Positions 61,932 to 64,000 of a DNA stretch of 64,000 nucleotides are shown piece by piece (positions within the stretch are counted from its first letter, which is position 1; every line of letters begins with the position of its first letter). The notes under the pieces are model-generated. The model made no database searches. It was given only the letters and a program-made list of their open reading frames with translations, and was not told the origin of the DNA. Source of the stretch: a bacterium (GTDB taxonomy: Bacteria > SZUA-182 > DTGQ01 > JAFGSM01); assembly GCA_049472335.1 (NCBI GenBank), contig JBLIRO010000008.1, forward strand, positions 1 to 64,000. The letters are read 5' to 3'. Both the position numbers and the translations under genes were made by a program.

Positions 61932-64000
61932 TTATGTCCCCTTGGAATTTGTCAATGGCATGATGATATTAAAGATGCTCCCCTTTCCCTCTTCGCTCTC
62001 AATAAAGATTTTACCATAGTGGGCCTCGATTATCCTCTTGGTTATGGACAGACCCAAACCGATACCCTCCTCCTTGGTGGTGAAAAATGGTTCGAAGAGC
62101 TTTTTTCTAACAGCTTCAGGTATCCCTATCCCTTCATCCTGAAAGGAAATTTTTATATCTTCCCTATCCACGACAGTGAAAATGGTCAGTCTTCCCCCTT
62201 CGGACATGGCCTGCATGGCATTAAGGATGAGATTCAAAAAGAGCTGCTTCATCTGATCCTTATCCGCCAAAACATGGGGAACAGGCTGTAAATTCTTATG
62301 AACTTCTATATCATGCTCCTTTAGCTCATGCCTCATAATGAGAAGGGTCTCTTCAATGAGCTGATGAATATCCGCTTTCTCCATCCTGGGTTCGCTGGGA
62401 CGCGCAAAATCCAGAAATTGTTTGATAATCTGGTTGATACGTTCGATCTCGTTTTCGATTACAGCTATATCTTCCCGCCGCATGTCTTCAGCGGAAAGTC
62501 TTTCCTTTAAGGAGTGGATAAGTATTCTTATACTGGTCAGTGGGTTTCTGATCTCGTGGGCGACCCCGGCAGACAGTTGTCCGAGTGCGGATAGACGGCT
62601 TGATTGAATCAATTGATCCTGTGTCTTTCGAAGATCTTCCGTGGCACGTTTGACGCGCTCCTCCAGCTCCAGGTTGAACAATTTCAATTCATTGTATAGC
62701 TTGGCATTCTCAATGGCAAGTCCCGCCTGGCTGGAAAAGGTGATCAGGGAATCCACCTTTTCCTGTGTGATGATCTTGTCCTTGTATATATAATCTGCGG
62801 TAATAACCCCCATGATTCGATCCTTCCCCTCCAGGGGTACTGCGACAAAGGATTTTAGGTTAAAGAGCTTTTTGAGCTCGATGTTGACCCTCGGATCGTT
62901 CATTGCATCCTGTATGACATAGGCCTTTTTGTCCGCTATGACCCGGGCGATGATGCTTTTGCTCTTATTGAGAGACAATGTGATGAGTGGCACCATCTCC
63001 TGATCGATCCCGACAGCCATTTTGCATTCAAGGATATTTTCTTTTTCATTCACGAGATATAACCTGACGCGGTCAAATCCTATGGTGTGGGTAACCCCTT
63101 TCAGAATGAGGTGAAGGATGTCGTCCAGATTCAAGCTGTGCATAGAACGGCCGATCTCATGAAGCACGGCGAGCTCACGGACCCTTTTGAGTTCATTAAA
63201 GATCAAGTCCTGTTTTCTCTGAAATTCATCAAACAGTGGGTATGAGCTCATCATATGCTCGCTGTAATCCAGGCCCTGGATCTCCTCTTCAACAGAAACA
63301 CGCAATCCTATGGTTTTATGGATCGCATAAAAGACGGCCAGGGCGATCCCAAAGCTCCATGCGAATACCGCTGCTATCCCCAGTGATTGTATTGCCAGGG
63401 GTTTGAATCCGCCGCCGAAAAAAAGGCCATTATAAGAAAGACCTATGCTGTTTAGGCTGAATTTTCCCTGGGCAAAAAGCGCTACGGCCAGTGTACCCCA
63501 AACCCCGTTTATCCCGTGCACTGAAATGGCGCCCACGGCGTCATCCAGCTTGAGTTTTTCAAAGCATTTAACGGACGCGCCGAGCAGAAGTCCTCCAATA
63601 GCGCCGATCAGGATGGAGGAGAATGGTCCCACGAGGGCGGATGTGGCAGTACTGGTCACAAGTCCCGCCAGTACCCCGTTCAGGGTAAAGCCCACATCAG
63701 GTTTGCCCTTTCGCCACCAGGTATAAAGCATTATGGCAATGGAGCCGCTCACTGCGGAAAGGATGGTATTGATGGCGATCAGGGCGATACTGGGATTGGT
63801 CCCTGAAAGCACGCTTCCGGTATTGAAACCGAACCAGCCCAGCCACATAATGAATACTCCGATTGCCACCAGGGGGATATTGTGGCCCGGTATTGGCAGG
63901 GACTTACCCTTGCGGTCGAACCTTCCTATCCTGGGGCCCAGGATGATAATGCCTGCAAGCGAAACCCAGCCTCCCAGAGAATGGACCACTGTTGAACCGG
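61932..64000 (-). CDS. Ammonium transporter (Amt)-GAF-histidine kinase fusion; 5' end outside the window
   Basis: GSTVVHSLGGW, LGPRIGRF, GWFGFN, NGVLAGLV, DDAVGAISVHG; GAF (SFVAVPL); AHEIRNPL, NAMQAM, DEGIGI, GIGLGL. Confidence 0.93.
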   Translation of the reverse strand, partial: GSTVVHSLGGWVSLAGIIILGPRIGRFDRKGKSLPIPGHNIPLVAIGVFIMWLGWFGFNTGSVLSGTNPSIALIAINTILSAVSGSIAIMLYTWWRKGKPDVGFTLNGVLAGLVTSTATSALVGPFSSILIGAIGGLLLGASVKCFEKLKLDDAVGAISVHGINGVWGTLAVALFAQGKFSLNSIGLSYNGLFFGGGFKPLAIQSLGIAAVFAWSFGIALAVFYAIHKTIGLRVSVEEEIQGLDYSEHMMSSYPLFDEFQRKQDLIFNELKRVRELAVLHEIGRSMHSLNLDDILHLILKGVTHTIGFDRVRLYLVNEKENILECKMAVGIDQEMVPLITLSLNKSKSIIARVIADKKAYVIQDAMNDPRVNIELKKLFNLKSFVAVPLEGKDRIMGVITADYIYKDKIITQEKVDSLITFSSQAGLAIENAKLYNELKLFNLELEERVKRATEDLRKTQDQLIQSSRLSALGQLSAGVAHEIRNPLTSIRILIHSLKERLSAEDMRREDIAVIENEIERINQIIKQFLDFARPSEPRMEKADIHQLIEETLLIMRHELKEHDIEVHKNLQPVPHVLADKDQMKQLFLNLILNAMQAMSEGGRLTIFTVVDREDIKISFQDEGIGIPEAVRKKLFEPFFTTKEEGIGLGLSITKRIIEAHYGKIFIESEEGKGSIFNIIMPLTNSKGT

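Overview
Accessory region of a diderm bacterium, with AT-rich intergenic spacers. No rRNA, tRNA, CRISPR array or intact mobile element was found. Most genes encode exported or surface proteins: HEXXH, M14, M48 and Cys-peptidase-like hydrolases, FG-GAP, PKD, beta-helix and lamin-tail multidomain proteins, a PEP-CTERM protein and a TPR/beta-barrel + FecR module. Four of these share a duplicated ~145-aa C-terminal 'GWxMISLP...GxGYWI' module, and a fifth carries a divergent copy. Several have sigma54-type promoters. Decay is widespread: three IS91-like transposase scraps, a dead HEPN toxin, a collapsed SBP/adhesin/tail-collar locus, and homopolymer frameshifts. Metabolic and regulatory genes include an OtsB1-like trehalose fusion, a Rieske ferredoxin, a desaturase-family oxidoreductase and an Amt-GAF-histidine kinase/NtrC pair. 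The best candidate for a new system is at 48142-52460: an NLR-like STAND NTPase with 16 WD40 repeats, translationally coupled to a small helical protein. Both carry the same N-terminal 20-aa Gly/Asn-rich motif (HFGNxxGxxxxxGDIVAGxK), suggesting amyloid-type homotypic signalling, and the pair is flanked by a 12-bp direct repeat. All family calls come from motifs recognised by eye; no database search was run.
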